In this document: piece after piece, positions 25,385 through 38,468 of the stretch
How the letters are laid out: each line of letters begins with the position of its first letter
How positions within the stretch are numbered: position 1 is the first letter of the stretch
Assembly (NCBI GenBank): GCA_964016885.1
Contig: OZ024754.1
Span: forward strand, 10,850,001-10,914,000
Origin: Eledone cirrhosa
Lineage: Eukaryota
Reading direction: 5' to 3'
DNA: 64,000 nt
Notes under the pieces: model-generated
Seen by the model: only the letters and a program-made list of their open reading frames with translations
What the model was told of the DNA's origin: nothing
The model's database searches: none
Made by a program: the position numbers and the translations under genes

Positions 25385-26460
25385 TAGTAAGGAAAGGGAA
25401 TGACCACAACCAGAATACCCCTACCCATGGGTCTGATAAATGTTGACCAACACAGTAAGGAAAAGGAACGACCACAACCAGAATACCCCTACCCATGGGT
25501 CTGATAAATGTTGACCAACACAGTAAGGAAAAGGAATGACCACAACCAGAATACCCCTACCCATGGGTCTGATAAATGTTGACCAACACAGTAAGGAAAA
25601 GGAATGACCACAACCAGAATACCCCTACCCATGGGTCTGATAAATGTTGACCAACACAGTAAGGAAAAGGAATGACCACAACCAGAATACCCCTACCCAT
25701 GGGTCTGATAAATGTTGACCAACACAGTAAGGAAAAGGAATGACTCCAACCAGAATACTCCTACCCATGGGTCTGATAAATGTTGACCAACACAGTAAGG
25801 AAAAGGAATGACCCCAACCAGAATACTCCTACCCATGGGTCTGATAAATGTTGACCAACACAGTAAGGAAAAGGAACGACCACAACCAGAATACTCCTAC
25901 CCATGGGTCTGATAAATGTTGACCAACACAGTAAGGAAAAGGAATGACCCCAACCAGAATACCCCTACCCATGGGTCTGATAAATGTTGACCAACACAGT
26001 AAGGAAAAGGAACGACCACAACCAGAATACTCCTACCCATGGGTCTGATAAATGTTGACCAACACAGTAAGGAAAAGGAATGACCCCAACCAGAATACTC
26101 CTACCCATGGGTCTGATAAATGTTGACCAACACAGTAAGGAAAAGGAATGACCACAACCAGAATACTCCTACCCATGGGTCTGATAAATGTTGACCAACA
26201 CAGTAAGGAAAAGGAATGACCACAACCAGAATACCCCTACCCATGGGTCTGATAAATGTTGACCAACACAGTAAGGAAAAGGAATGACCACAACCAGAAT
26301 ACCCCTACCCATGGGTCTGATAAATGTTGACCAACACAGTAAGGAAAAGGAATGACCACAACCAGAATACCCCTACCCATGGGTCTGATAAATGTTGACC
26401 AACACAGTAAGGAAAAGGAATGACCACAACCAGAATACACCTACCCATGGGTCTGACAAT
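25385..26460 (-). repeat. 68-bp satellite, about 16 copies, inverted relative to the 46.7-64 kb array
   Basis: Unit GTAAGGAAAAGGAATGACCACAACCAGAATACCCCTACCCATGGGTCTGATAAATGTTGACCAACACA. Confidence 0.95.
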
Positions 26461-26753
26461 GTTGATCAGGGGCTAAACAACATCAGTTAATAGAATTGGT
26501 TCTCAAAAGTGGAACAGAAACACAGTAGGTTTCTTATACTGGACTTGATATTAGAAACTTGATTGAAATAAATAATTGTCATAAATATTATAGAATAATA
26601 AACTTTATATAGCAATTTCCTTTATTAAATGTTCAGCCATTTTGTAAAAATAACGAGTATAACTTATTGTATTCTGAAAATTTGATTAAAGTCAGTAATC
26701 TGGAGATGGACGGACTCTCATAGATTAATTTGAGCATTTATTTAATTTCGAAA

Positions 26754-26897
26754 TACCGTATTTCCCAGCGCCGAAGATGCTTCGTCCAGAAATAAAAAAA
26801 TTAAAAAATAAACAACTTTCGGCCTCCAGGATGCATGGTAGATTTTTTAGACTTATTTCAGGAAAAAAGTAGTGTCTTCGACGCTGGGGAATACAGT
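26754..26897. mobile_element. Small TIR MITE (Tc1/mariner/pogo-like)
   Basis: TACCGTATTTCCCAGCGCCGAAGA versus TCTTCGACGCTGGGGAATACAGT imperfect terminal inverted repeats. Confidence 0.55.
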
Positions 26898-27651
26898 CAT
26901 TCTATTTTTCTATGTAAATACATGCAGTTTTTTTAAGATAATTACTTTGTGATTCATTCATTACTACTTCAGTAAGTACAGGAAGTCTATGATCTTATAA
27001 AGAAGTTACAATAATATGTAAACTTGACAGGAGTTACCATGAACTTACCTTAGAGAACACAACATAAAGCTGCATATGATTGGATAATATGAAAACATGA
27101 ATGTTAAGTCATATGATTGGATAATATGAAAACATGAATGTTAAGTCATCTGATTGGATAGTGTTGACTCATGTGATTAGAAAATGTCAAGCCAATTAAT
27201 TACATTTATCAATTTTTCATTAGCTAAATAAATAATAATTTCTTTTGATTAACCACAAGACAAAACATTGTAAGAACTGATAGTAATATCAACAGAATCA
27301 AGCCATGTTTATTAAATCTTGTCATAAAAATTGAAGTCAACTTCTGTAGGATCAAGTGTAGAATTATGATATAACCTGTGGAGCTGCCAAAAAAAGGAGT
27401 GCTGGAAGAGTGGGTGAGGTCTTGACAGAAGTGAGGGACCAGTGATATCATGTCAGGGTTCGGGTACCTATCACTACCTCTTTTTTGTCAGATAATGGCC
27501 TGGTATGGACGTGTTATGATTGTATGCGACAGAGGCTCTGTATTTCTCGGCCAGACGTAAGTCATGTGGACATACAGTCTCGATCCAAGTGGAATAGCAC
27601 GGTAGGTCCGGTTGTTTCCCACCACATAAACAAATATCTTTAATATTTCAG

Positions 27652-27773
27652 GTTAAAAAAAGCTTGTCAGTTCTTTATTCATTCGGATGAATCTACTTAT
27701 GTTGAATTAGACTTCCAACGAATTGATAACTCCTCATGTAATCCAAAGTTCCTTGAAATGAAAATCAATAATC
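27652..27773 (+). CDS. Exon J, CUB3 part 2 (LKKACQFFIHSDESTYVELDFQRIDNSSCNPKFLEMKINN)
   Basis: TTTCAG acceptor, GTAAGT donor, phase 2 to 1; C-x-F-x-I...V-x-L-x-F...C...FLE pattern. Confidence 0.85.
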
Positions 27774-28856
27774 GTAAGTTGTATTCTCTTACAAATTATA
27801 TTGATTTATTTATATGATGTATGGCACCATTACCATTATTGTCACCTTCATCAACATTATTATCATAATCGTCAACATCAATCTCATCACCATCATCATC
27901 ATCAGCAGCAATAGGAATAGTAGCATTATTCTTTCATTTTGTGTGTAGTTGAGAGAATTGTTTAAACCACTGCTGCTGTGTAAATACATCTATTATGGTC
28001 TAACAGAAAGTCATGGAGAAGATCTCACATCTCCTTTAGCGATGAAAATTTCATCAAATAAATTCCTCTAACCAAGAAATGATGATAGCTGAATAAAACT
28101 GAAATATATGAGCTAACAGTGAATGGAAACAAAAGGGCCACCTTATCCCTTTCAATATGTAATTATTGAACTGAACTAAAATAATGGATCCCTTATGACA
28201 CAAGTCTCTACTGAGGGAATCCTTGAAAGAAACAAATCTTACTGAAAATAACACTAAAGTTCAAAAATGCAGTCAGCTATGGTTGGATATGGTTTAAATT
28301 GCTTGTGAACTTGAAATAAAGGAATAATCATTATAATTATTTTAATATATATATCTTTCTATTCTGCTGTTTCATAGATTATATTTTCTTTCTCTGCTTT
28401 TCAATCTAATCTGTCAGTCAGTACATCTGACCGCCTATGTAAAATCAGAATGACAGCATTCCTCCTAAGGAAAGAAGGCTGTTGCAGCTGATGGCGCTGG
28501 CCGTTGTCAATAGAAATGCCCCTGCTATTTCGTCCGCAGGACGCTGCCAAAACACTGTTCTGACTTAGGTGTAGAGTCTCTCACCCTCTCCCCTTCCACA
28601 GTTCTTTTTTTTTTTTCACTTAATAATCCTTGCTCTGTCCCTCCTTTCCTCTTCTTTTTTTGTATGTTGCACTAAATATTAAATTCTTTATTATTTTTAT
28701 GTAATTTTATCCTAGGAATATATTTGAGTATTTTGAAATTAAATATTTGGATATAAATTTTTGTTTAATATGACAAAAAAAAAAAAAAATCTGTAAATAA
28801 ACTATTATCATATCTTGTGGGAGAGATATATCTTTCAATCATTTAACAACATGGGA

Positions 28857-31746
28857 ACTATGATGACCTCTAGTGTATCTGATACTATGATGACCTCTAG
28901 TGTTCCTGATACTATGATGACCTCTAGTGTTCCTGATACTATGATGACCTCTAGTGTATCTGATACTATGATGACCTCTAGTGTATCTGATACTATGATG
29001 ACCTCTAGTGTATCTGATACTATGATGACCTCTAGTGTTCCTGATACTATGATGACCTCTAGTGTATTTGATACTATGATGACCTCTAGTGTATCTGATA
29101 CTATGATGACCTCTAGTGTATCTGATACTATGATGACCTCTAGTGTATCTGATACTATGATGACCTCTAGTGTATCTGATACTATGATGACCTCTAGTGT
29201 ATCTGATATTATGATGACCTCTAGTGTATCTGAAACTATGATGACCTCTAGTGTATCTGATACTATGATGACCTCTAGTGTATCTGATACTATGATGACC
29301 TCTAGTGTTCCTGATACTATGATGACCTCTAGTGTATCTGATACTATGATGACCTCTAGTGTATCTGATACTATGATGACCTCTAGTGTATCTGATACTA
29401 TGATGACCTCTAGTGTATCTGATACTATGATGACCTCTAGTGTATCTGATATTATGATGACCTCTAGTGTATCTGATACTATGATGACCTCTAGTGTATC
29501 TGATACTATGATGACCTCTAGTGTATCTGAAACTATGATGACCTCTAGTGTATCTGATACTATGATGACCTCTAGTGTATCTGATACTATGATGACCTCT
29601 AGTGTATCTGATACTATGATGACCTCTAGTGTATCTGATACTATGATGACCTCTAGTGTATTTGAAACTATGATGACCTCTAGTGTATCTGATACTATGA
29701 TGACCTCTAGTGTATCTGATACTATGATGACCTCTAGTGTATCTGATACTATGATGACCTCTAGTGTATCTGATACTATGATGACCTCTAGTGTATCTGA
29801 TACTATGATGACCTCTAGTTTATCTGATACTATGATGACCTCTAGTTTATCTGATACTATGATGACCTCTAGTTTATCTGATACTATGATGACCTCTAGT
29901 GTATCTGAAACTATGATGACCTCTAGTGTATCTGAAACTATGATGACCTCTAGTTTATCTGATACTATGATGACCTCTAGTTTATTTGATACTATGATGA
30001 CCTCTAGTGTATCTGATACTATGATGACCTCTAGTTTATCTGATACTATGATGACCTCTAGTGTATCTGAAACTATGATGACCTCTAGTGTATCTGAAAC
30101 TATGATGACCTCTAGTGTATCTGATACTATGATGACCTCTAGTTTATCTGATACTATGATGACCTCTAGTTTATCTGATACTATGATGACCTCTAGTGTA
30201 TCTGATACTATGATGACCTCTAGTGTATCTGATACTATGATGACCTCTAGTGTATCTGATACTATGATGACCTCTAGTGTATCTGATACTATGATGACCT
30301 CTAGTGTATCTGATACTATGATGACCTCTAGTGTATCTGATACTATGATGACCTCTAGTGTATCTGAAACTATAATGACCTCTAGTGTATTTGATACTAT
30401 GATGATCTCTAGTGTATCTGATACTATGATGACCTCTAGTGTATCTGAAACTATGATGACCTCTAGTTTATCTGATACTATGATGACCTCTAGTGTATCT
30501 GAAACTATGATGACCTCTAGTTTATCTGAAACTATGATGACCTCTAGTGTATCTGAAACTATGATGACCTCTAGTGTATCTGAAACTATGATGACCTCTA
30601 GTGTATCTGATACTATGATGACCTCTAGTGTATCTGATACTATGATGACCTCTAGTGTATCTGATACTATGATGACCTCTAGTTTATTTGATACTATGAT
30701 GACCTCTAGTGTATCTGATACTATGATGACCTCTAGTGTATCTGATACTATGATGACCTCTAGTTTATTTGATACTATGATGACCTCTAGTGTATCTGAT
30801 ACTATGATGACTTCTAGTGTATCTGATACTATGATGACCTCTAGTGTATCTGATACTATGATGACCTCTAGTGTATCTGATACTATGATGACCTCTAGTT
30901 TATTTGATACTATGATGACCTCTAGTGTATCTGATACTATGATGACCTCTAGTGTATCTGATACTATGATGACCTCTAGTGTATCTGATACTATGATGAC
31001 CTCTAGTTTATTTGATACTATGATGACCTCTAGTGTATCTGATACTATGATGACCTCTAGTGTATCTGATACTATGATGACCTCTAGTGTATCTGATACT
31101 ATGATGACCTCTAGTTTATTTGATACTATGATGACCTCTAGTGTATCTGATACTATGATGACCTCTAGTGTATCTGATACTATGATGACCTCTAGTGTAT
31201 CTGATACTATGATGACCTCTAGTGTATCTGATACTATGATGACCTCTAGTTTATTTGATACTATGATGACCTCTAGTGTTCCTGATACTATGATGACCTC
31301 TAGTGTTCCTGATACTATGATGACCTCTAGTGTATCTGAAACTATGATGACCTCTAGTGTATTTGATACTATGATGACCTCTAGTTTATCTGATACTATG
31401 ATGACCTCTAGTGTATCTGATACTATGATGACCTCTAGTTTATCTGATACTATGATGACCTCTAGTGTATCTGATACTATGATGACCTCTAATGTATCTG
31501 AAACTATGATGACCTCTAGTTTATCTGATACTATGATGACCTCTAGTGTATCTGATACTATGATGACCTCCAGTGTATCTGATACTATGATGACCTCTAG
31601 TGTATCTGATACTATGATGACCCCTAGTGTATCTGATACTATGATGACCTCCAGTGTATCTGATACTATGATGACCTCTAGTGTATCTGATACTATGATG
31701 ACCTCTAGTGTATCTGATACTATGATGACCTCTAGTTTATCTGAAA
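28857..31746. repeat. 24-bp minisatellite (ACTATGATGACCTCTAGTGTATCTGAT-type), about 120 copies, intronic
   Basis: Indel-free tandem array; produces the 994-aa (+) and 977-aa (-) ORFs. Confidence 0.95.
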
Positions 31747-32554
31747 ATCTTTCTGGTAAATGTAACAAAATATTAGAAATATTTTCAATTTTAACTTAAT
31801 ATTTCTTTTTTAATTTTCAACTATAAATTTTTTGTTTTATGAAATGAAAGAGTGAAAAGCCATCCTGTCTGCAGGGTGCAGCACTCCTTCCCCCTTGCCC
31901 TAGGCCCAATCACCTTCCCCCATCACCCCCTCTCTTCTGCGACACCAGAGCTATTGCCCCCCCCCCCATTTCCCTTCTTTTTCTTCTTTCTTTCTCTTTG
32001 TTTTTTTCTTTTCTATATTACCCTATATGACATATGACCGTGACCTCTGGCATCACACAGTAATACGGAAGACCTGAGCCCCCACGGGTACAAGCCGAAG
32101 CTGAAGCATATAGACAATATGTCCCCATACCCTCCCACTGCAAAGTGGTTGTGGAGGTGCCACGGCAAAAAAGCACCCAGCCCACACTGTAAAGTGGACG
32201 TGTAGGCGCCACGGAAAAAAAAGCACCCAGCACTCACTGTAAATGAGGTTGGTGTTAGGAAGGGCATCCAGCAGTAGAAATCAAGCCAGAATCAGTTCCC
32301 GTATGAGCAAGACAAGGTCAGGTGACTGGACACTACCCACAACAGGACAACCTGTCTAACCCATGCTAGCGTGGAAGAACGGATGTAAAACTGTGATGAT
32401 GATGACGATGATGATGATGATGATGATTATCCTATTCTTTCTTTCCTTGTATTTCCCCCGTTTTTTGTTTTTTTTCTTACTAAATAAGGTTTGTTTCTTT
32501 TGCATTCATTTGATTAAAATCATTTTTTTATCACCAATTTTATATTATTTGTAG

Positions 32555-32686
32555 GAATTTATCCATTGGAAACTGGTGGTTCTATTCAACAATTTTCTAT
32601 GAGAGCTAAAAAGTTTCACATTGAATATTTATTGATAACTCGCTGTAGTAAATTCTCCATACTTGTTTATGTTAAAAGAGTACCAA
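32555..32686 (+). CDS. Exon K, CUB3 part 3 (RIYPLETGGSIQQFSMRAKKFHIEYLLITRCSKFSILVYVKRVP)
   Basis: TTTGTAG acceptor, GTAAGT donor, phase 1 to 1. Confidence 0.8.
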
Positions 32687-32790
32687 GTAAGTTGCCTACC
32701 AATATTTCTTCCTTATCTGATTTCTGTCTAAATTAAGGAGCCAATATTTTTTTAAAGGGTAGTTATATGCAGCTCTCAGCTGCATATAGT

Positions 32791-33340
32791 CTGGCTGGCT
32801 GTGTGGTTAACTGGTTCTATACACAAACACAAAACCACATAACCAGGATGGCTGGCTGTGTGGTTAACTGGTTCTATACACAAACACAAAACCACACAAC
32901 CAGGATGGCTGACTGAATGGTTAACTGGTTCTATACACAAACACAAAACCACATAACCAGGATGGCTGGCTGTGTGGTTAACTGGTTCTATACACAAACA
33001 CAAAACCACACAACCAGGATGGCTGACTGAATGGTTAACTGGTTATATACACAAACACAAAACCACACAACCAGGATGGCTGACTGAATGGTTAACTGGT
33101 TATATACACAAACACAAAACCACACAACCAGGATGGCTGACTGAATGGTTAACTGGTTATATACACAAACACAAAACCACACAACCAGGATGGCTGACTG
33201 AATGGTTAACTGGTTATATACACAAACACAAAACCACACAACCAGGATGGCTGACTGAATGGTTAACTGGTTATATACACAAACACAAAACCACACAACC
33301 AGGATGGCTAGCTGAGTGGTTAACCAGTTCTATACACAAC
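32791..33340. repeat. Intronic minisatellite, 57-bp unit, about 9.5 copies
   Basis: TGGTTAACTGGTT(C/A)TATACACAAACACAAAACCACACAACCAGGATGGCTG tandem. Confidence 0.92.
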
Positions 33341-34669
33341 CATATGGTATGTTGTTGAGTGTTTTAATCCAGCTACCTGGCAATCATTTATTCTTTTAGT
33401 CTTTTACTGGTTTCAGTCATTAGACTGAGGCCATGCTGGGGCACTGCTTTGATTTAGTCAATCATATCAACTTCCATACTTACATTTTCTGGGTCCAGTT
33501 ATTAGACTGTGGCTATGCTGGGGTATTACCTTCATTTAGTTGATCATATCAACTAAATATATTATAGCAGTTATCTCTGTACTCTATCATTTTGTCAGCT
33601 CACTACCTTTCTTTATTATAATCGGTAGAGCGTCGGACAACATGCTTAGCGGCATAGAGTTTCGGCCCTTTGCGTTCTGAGTTCAAATCCCGCCGAGGTT
33701 AACTTTGCCTTTCATCCTTACGGGGTCGATAAAAAAAGTACCAGTAATGCACTGGGATCGATGTTATTGACTTTCCCCTCCCCTTCAAATTGTTGACTTT
33801 GTGCCTAAAGTAAAAATCATATTAATATTGGTTTCTAATTTAAGCACAAGGCCAGCAATTTCGGAGGAATGACAAAGTTGCTTAACCTGTTGACTGCTGT
33901 GTATATTTTACACAGCTACAGATTCTGTGCCAGTTTTTTTTTTTTTTTTTTTTTCAGTAAAATGACTATTTTTTTAAACAAACATTTATGAACAAAACGT
34001 GACATCAATAAACTAGTAACTCCATCTAGCTTCACAGTTATGAACTGTTGGAAAATTGTTCAAACATGTTAGGACGAGTTATCTTGTCTAAGGCACTGAA
34101 TAGGTTAACCCTTTAACATTTTCATTACTCTATATTTACTATTTTATTTTCATGGTAAAGGCTTTATCTCACATAATATTGAATCTATGAGATTTTGATA
34201 TTATTTATTTTAAGAACAATACCTTAACATCAGTATGAGTGGCCGGTTACAGCCGATTTGAACAGAATGAAGTGATATAATTCTGGCTGGATACAGTCGG
34301 TTTAAATTCTAAAGGGTTAAATCCACACCAGTACTTGACTGGGGCTTTCTTTTATTGGCCCTGGAAGAATAAAAGGCAAAGTAGACCTTGAACACAAGAT
34401 GTAAAGGGCCAAGACAAATACTGCAACAGTATTTTATCTGATGTTTTAACAATTATGCCAACCCACCACCCTCTCATTCTATAACCTAATATTTTACCTA
34501 ATTTTCTAACTATTTTCTAAACTATCAGCGTTTGGCTTTCAACATTTCAAATTCCCAAACATCAAAACATCTTGATAAATTGTAAGAATTTATTCTCATT
34601 TCATCTAACTGTTAGAAATAAGCTATTCATATTTTAAAAATGTTATTTGTGATAGATTAGCTTCCTACA

Positions 34670-35222
34670 TTGAAGCTCCGACGCCTGGCAAACACCCACA
34701 AAATTATTAACCATCTTGCAAACAACAACCCTGAGTACCTTTTTTGATTTCCATGTGTCTAACACACGTGGGCATGCCCACAAAGTCAGAAAACAACACA
34801 GCTCCCATGACTTTCGGAAACATATTTTGACGCTCAGAGTTGCTGAAGCATGGAACAAACTACCTGCATCAGTTGTTAGCTGTTGAGACACTGCATCCTT
34901 TAAAACCTTCATGGAACAAACTACCTGCATCAGTTGTTAGCTGTCGAGACACTGCATCCTTTAAAACCTCCATGGAACAAACTACCTGCATCGGTTGTTA
35001 GCTGTCGAAACACTGCATCCTTTAAAACCTCCATACTTCCTGAGATTTGCCAACACTACACCTAATGTTCCCCCTCCATACACATACACACATGTATATC
35101 ATGACTCATACACTATTCACTTCCCTGACATTTGTATATTATTCTATGTACTAAACATGCACCTTTGATGAGTTGTAGTGCACCTGAGCACTGTACACAA
35201 TAATTTCATAATTATTATTATT
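34670..35222 (+). mobile_element. CR1-like LINE 3' end with an internal triplicated ~62-bp segment; shorter copy at 40633-40862
   Basis: Reads NTRGHAHKVRKQHSSHDFRKHILTLRVAEAWNKLP; shared 3' UTR and (ATT)n end. Confidence 0.75.
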
Positions 35223-35334
35223 CTAACTTTTGGAAAAATGAATGTTCTATCTGTTTAGTAATTTACAGCATCAGAGAGACTTAATACCTTTTATGAAAGA
35301 CCTAGACTTGTTGTAACATATATATTTTTTGCAG

Positions 35335-35425
35335 TTCCTTCCTGTTTCCGCAACTCTACTGTTGAAGTTACCAGTGGATCAACACGATTTATAAATGTCC
35401 CACAGTTGATACCATATGACAATGT
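35335..35425 (+). CDS. Exon L, CUB4 part 1 (IPSCFRNSTVEVTSGSTRFINVPQLIPYDN)
   Basis: TTTTGCAG acceptor, GTATGT donor, phase 1 to 2. Confidence 0.82.
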
Positions 35426-35664
35426 GTATGTAATATATTACTTTTTGTATCAATTCAATAATCACTAATTAAAATACTCAGTTATCATTATCCTTAGTCA
35501 AAGAACTCAATACACACAACATACCTAGAACTTTCTACATTCACTTCTATAACTCCCAATTACTAACAAATTACTAACATTCAAAGAGATTATGTCTGTT
35601 AGCAAGTGACAACATATTAAAAGAAATAAAAGATAGATTAATCTTTTCGTTTTTTATTTTCTAT

Positions 35665-36388
35665 TGTTAAGTCAGTGATGTGAGGGCAGTGTCTATAGCT
35701 TTTTTCAGGACCTCTGGGTCTAGTGAAAAGAAGGAAGTTATTTTACTGCTAAGTCAGTGATGTGAGGCCAGTGTCTATAGCTTTTTTCAGGACCTCTGGG
35801 TCTAGTGAAAAGAAGGAAGTTATTTTACTGTTAAGTCAGTGATGTGAGGCCAGTGTCTATAGCTTTTTTCAGGACATCTGGGTCTAGTGAAAAGAAGGAA
35901 GTTATTTTACTGTTAAGTCAGTGATGTGAGGCCAGTGTCTATAGCTTTTTTCAGGACATCTGGGTCTAGTGAAAAGAAGGAAGTTATTTTACTGTTAAGT
36001 CAGTGATGTGAGGCCAGTGTCTATAGCTTTTTTCAGGACCTCTGGGTCTAGTGAAAAGAAGGAAGTTATTTTACTGTTAAGTCAGTGATGTGAGGCCAGT
36101 GTCTATAGCTTTTTTCAGGACATCTGGGTCTAGTGAAAAGAAGGAAGTTATTTTACTGTTAAGTCAGTGATGTGAGGCCAGTGTCTATAGCTTTTTTCAG
36201 GACATCTGGGTCTAGTGAAAAGAAGGAAGTTATTTTACTGTTAAGTCAGTGATGTGAGGCCAGTGTCTATAGCTTTTTTCAGGACATCTGGGTCTAGTGA
36301 AAAGAAGGAAGTTATTTTACTGTTAAGTCAGTGATGTGAGGCCAATGTCCATGACCTCTGGGACTAGTGGATGGTAGGAAGTTATTTT
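35665..36388. repeat. Intronic minisatellite, 82-bp unit, about 9 copies
   Basis: TGTTAAGTCAGTGATGTGAGG... at 35665, 35747 and onward. Confidence 0.93.
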
Positions 36389-36476
36389 GATTAATTATAA
36401 CAATAACTTAAATTATACAATAACTTATACAATAACTTAAATTTTTTTAACATTTTTCTTTTTATTTGTTTCACAG

Positions 36477-36589
36477 GGGAGAATGTAAATGGACATTTAA
36501 CATCAAACCAAAGCATATTTTAAATCTTGAAATTATAACAACATACAAAAAAGCATGGCCAACATATAAGTGTTTCTCATACCTTAATG
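36477..36589 (+). CDS. Exon M, CUB4 part 2 (GECKWTFNIKPKHILNLEIITTYKKAWPTYKCFSYLN)
   Basis: TTCACAG acceptor, G|GTAAGG donor, phase 2 to 1; C-x-W...C-x-x-YL motifs. Confidence 0.88.
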
Positions 36590-37017
36590 GTAAGGACAGT
36601 CTCAGTATTATGATTCTGGATTAATATTTTTTCTCTTTAATTAGCCTTAATTGTTTCTACTTTTGGCACAAGGCCAGCAATTTTGGGGGAAGGGAAAGTC
36701 GATTGAATTGACCCCCAGTACATTACTGGTGCTTTATTTTATTTAACCTAATAATTGTTTCTACAAAGCCAGCAATTTAAAAGAGAGGTGGAAAGTTGAT
36801 TACTCCCAAAAAGGCGCCTAAGATCCAAGTGTTGTTAAATAACATTTATCAGATTATATTAACTCTGATCTTTACATATTGTATCTTGGATGTTTGTTTT
36901 GCTCTCAAAGATGTTTTAGTAAAAACCATTTTAACCTTAAAACATAAAAAGTAGAAAAATATATTTTCAAGAGTTGACAATTAATGCTAGTTAATAAATA
37001 TATTTATTCATTTTCAG

Positions 37018-37143
37018 GAACATCTTGGCAAAGGTTACAGAATAGTAAAATTTACACATCAGGGCTCACATTTCAACTGAAGTATAAAAAACAACATGAA
37101 TTCATGAAAATGTCTGAAGATATCATAATTAGCTATACTTCTG
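37018..37143 (+). CDS. Exon N, CUB4 part 3 (GTSWQRLQNSKIYTSGLTFQLKYKKQHEFMKMSEDIIISYTS)
   Basis: TTTTCAG acceptor, G|GTAAGT donor, phase 1 to 1. Confidence 0.82.
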
Positions 37144-37189
37144 GTAAGTTGGTTGGCTTCTGGTAAGTTGGTTGGCATCTGGTAAGTTG

Positions 37190-37440
37190 CCGAGGCATCT
37201 GAGAGACTTGCATGACGTGGAGGTGGATATCTTTAAGAAACATCTCGACACCTTGTTATCCAGGATCCCGGATGAGCCCACAGCAAGACACGAGGAAACC
37301 TAAGGGGAGCAGCAACAAACTCCCTCTTACACCAGTGGCCAACCTATACAGGCTGGAGATAAAATGTGTAGCAACAAGGGCGGTGCCCCAGCATGGCCTC
37401 AGCCGGATGGCTGAAACAGGTAAAAGAGTAAAAGAGTATA
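37190..37440 (+). mobile_element. LINE 3' end fragment (VDIFKKHLDTLLSRIPDEP) with GTAAAAGA-type tail
   Basis: Translated remnant typical of CR1/L2/Jockey-group C-termini; tail GCGGTGCCCCAGCATGGCC also at 39788. Confidence 0.6.
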
Positions 37441-38415
37441 CATTCCTATTCTTCTTCGCCTGCTTATTCCCGAGAGCGTTGTGGGGCCAGAGTTCTCAAA
37501 CACTCCTTCCAGCAGGTCCTGTCAGAAGTGACTGCTACAACTGCTCCAGCTGGATCCTTAAGTGAGACCAGCCAAGCTCATGGGTGTTATCTAACCATCT
37601 TGCTTGGGGTCTACCCTTGGGTCTCTTACCAGTTGGTATTTCAAAACATCCAAACATCTGTCCAGCAATTCTTTCCTGAGACAGAAGCTGTGATCTCTCA
37701 ATTCAGAGAAGTAGCAGCTTCTAAAACATATATATATATGAGAGGGTTATATATGTGTGTATGTATCTCTTGGTTAAGAGAGTGGGACTGGCTTTGTGCA
37801 GTGCCTTTGCTCACTATAAAAGCTTCACGGCACAGGCATTGCTTTATATCTGGAGATCTCTCTGCACTTGTCGTCACATGGTACCATGGGCCCAGCACTA
37901 TGTGTCAATAATTGTCACAAGTGTAGTGTTTGTACCAGAGTTTTCAAGTTGCTGGCTGGACTAAAAAGTCACACTCGTTCAGCGCATCGGTAGAGGTTCT
38001 CCTACATGGATATAAAGTAGGGGCCGTACTCGAAAACGAGTTGGCAGCCACCATATATATATATATCACTCGGTAACAAGGCCTGTCTCTCTTCATATCA
38101 GTACCATCCAGTTCCACACTTTAAATGTGGTTGTGGCTCCCAAACTATTGGCTTCGCTGTGAGCAGGGTACAGCGCGGTTAACTGGCCTGTCCCTCCTCA
38201 TAATAGTGCCATCCAATTCCACACTGTAAATGTGGTTGGTGCTAAGAAAGGCACCCAGCTGTAAAAATCACGGCCAAATTTTTCAGTTCTGTCTGAGCAA
38301 GACACTGTGTGGCCAATGTGGTCAGACTTGTCTCATGTTGTGGACGATGTGTCTAACCCATGCAATCATGGAAAATGGATGTTAAATGATAATGATGATG
38401 ATGATGATATATAAA

Positions 38416-38462
<47 letters not shown>

Positions 38463-38468
<6 letters not shown>

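Noticed and set aside
28835-31768. 977-aa minus-strand ORF (DTLEVIIVS)n
   Set aside because: Consequence of a stop-free 24-bp unit; no supporting gene structure
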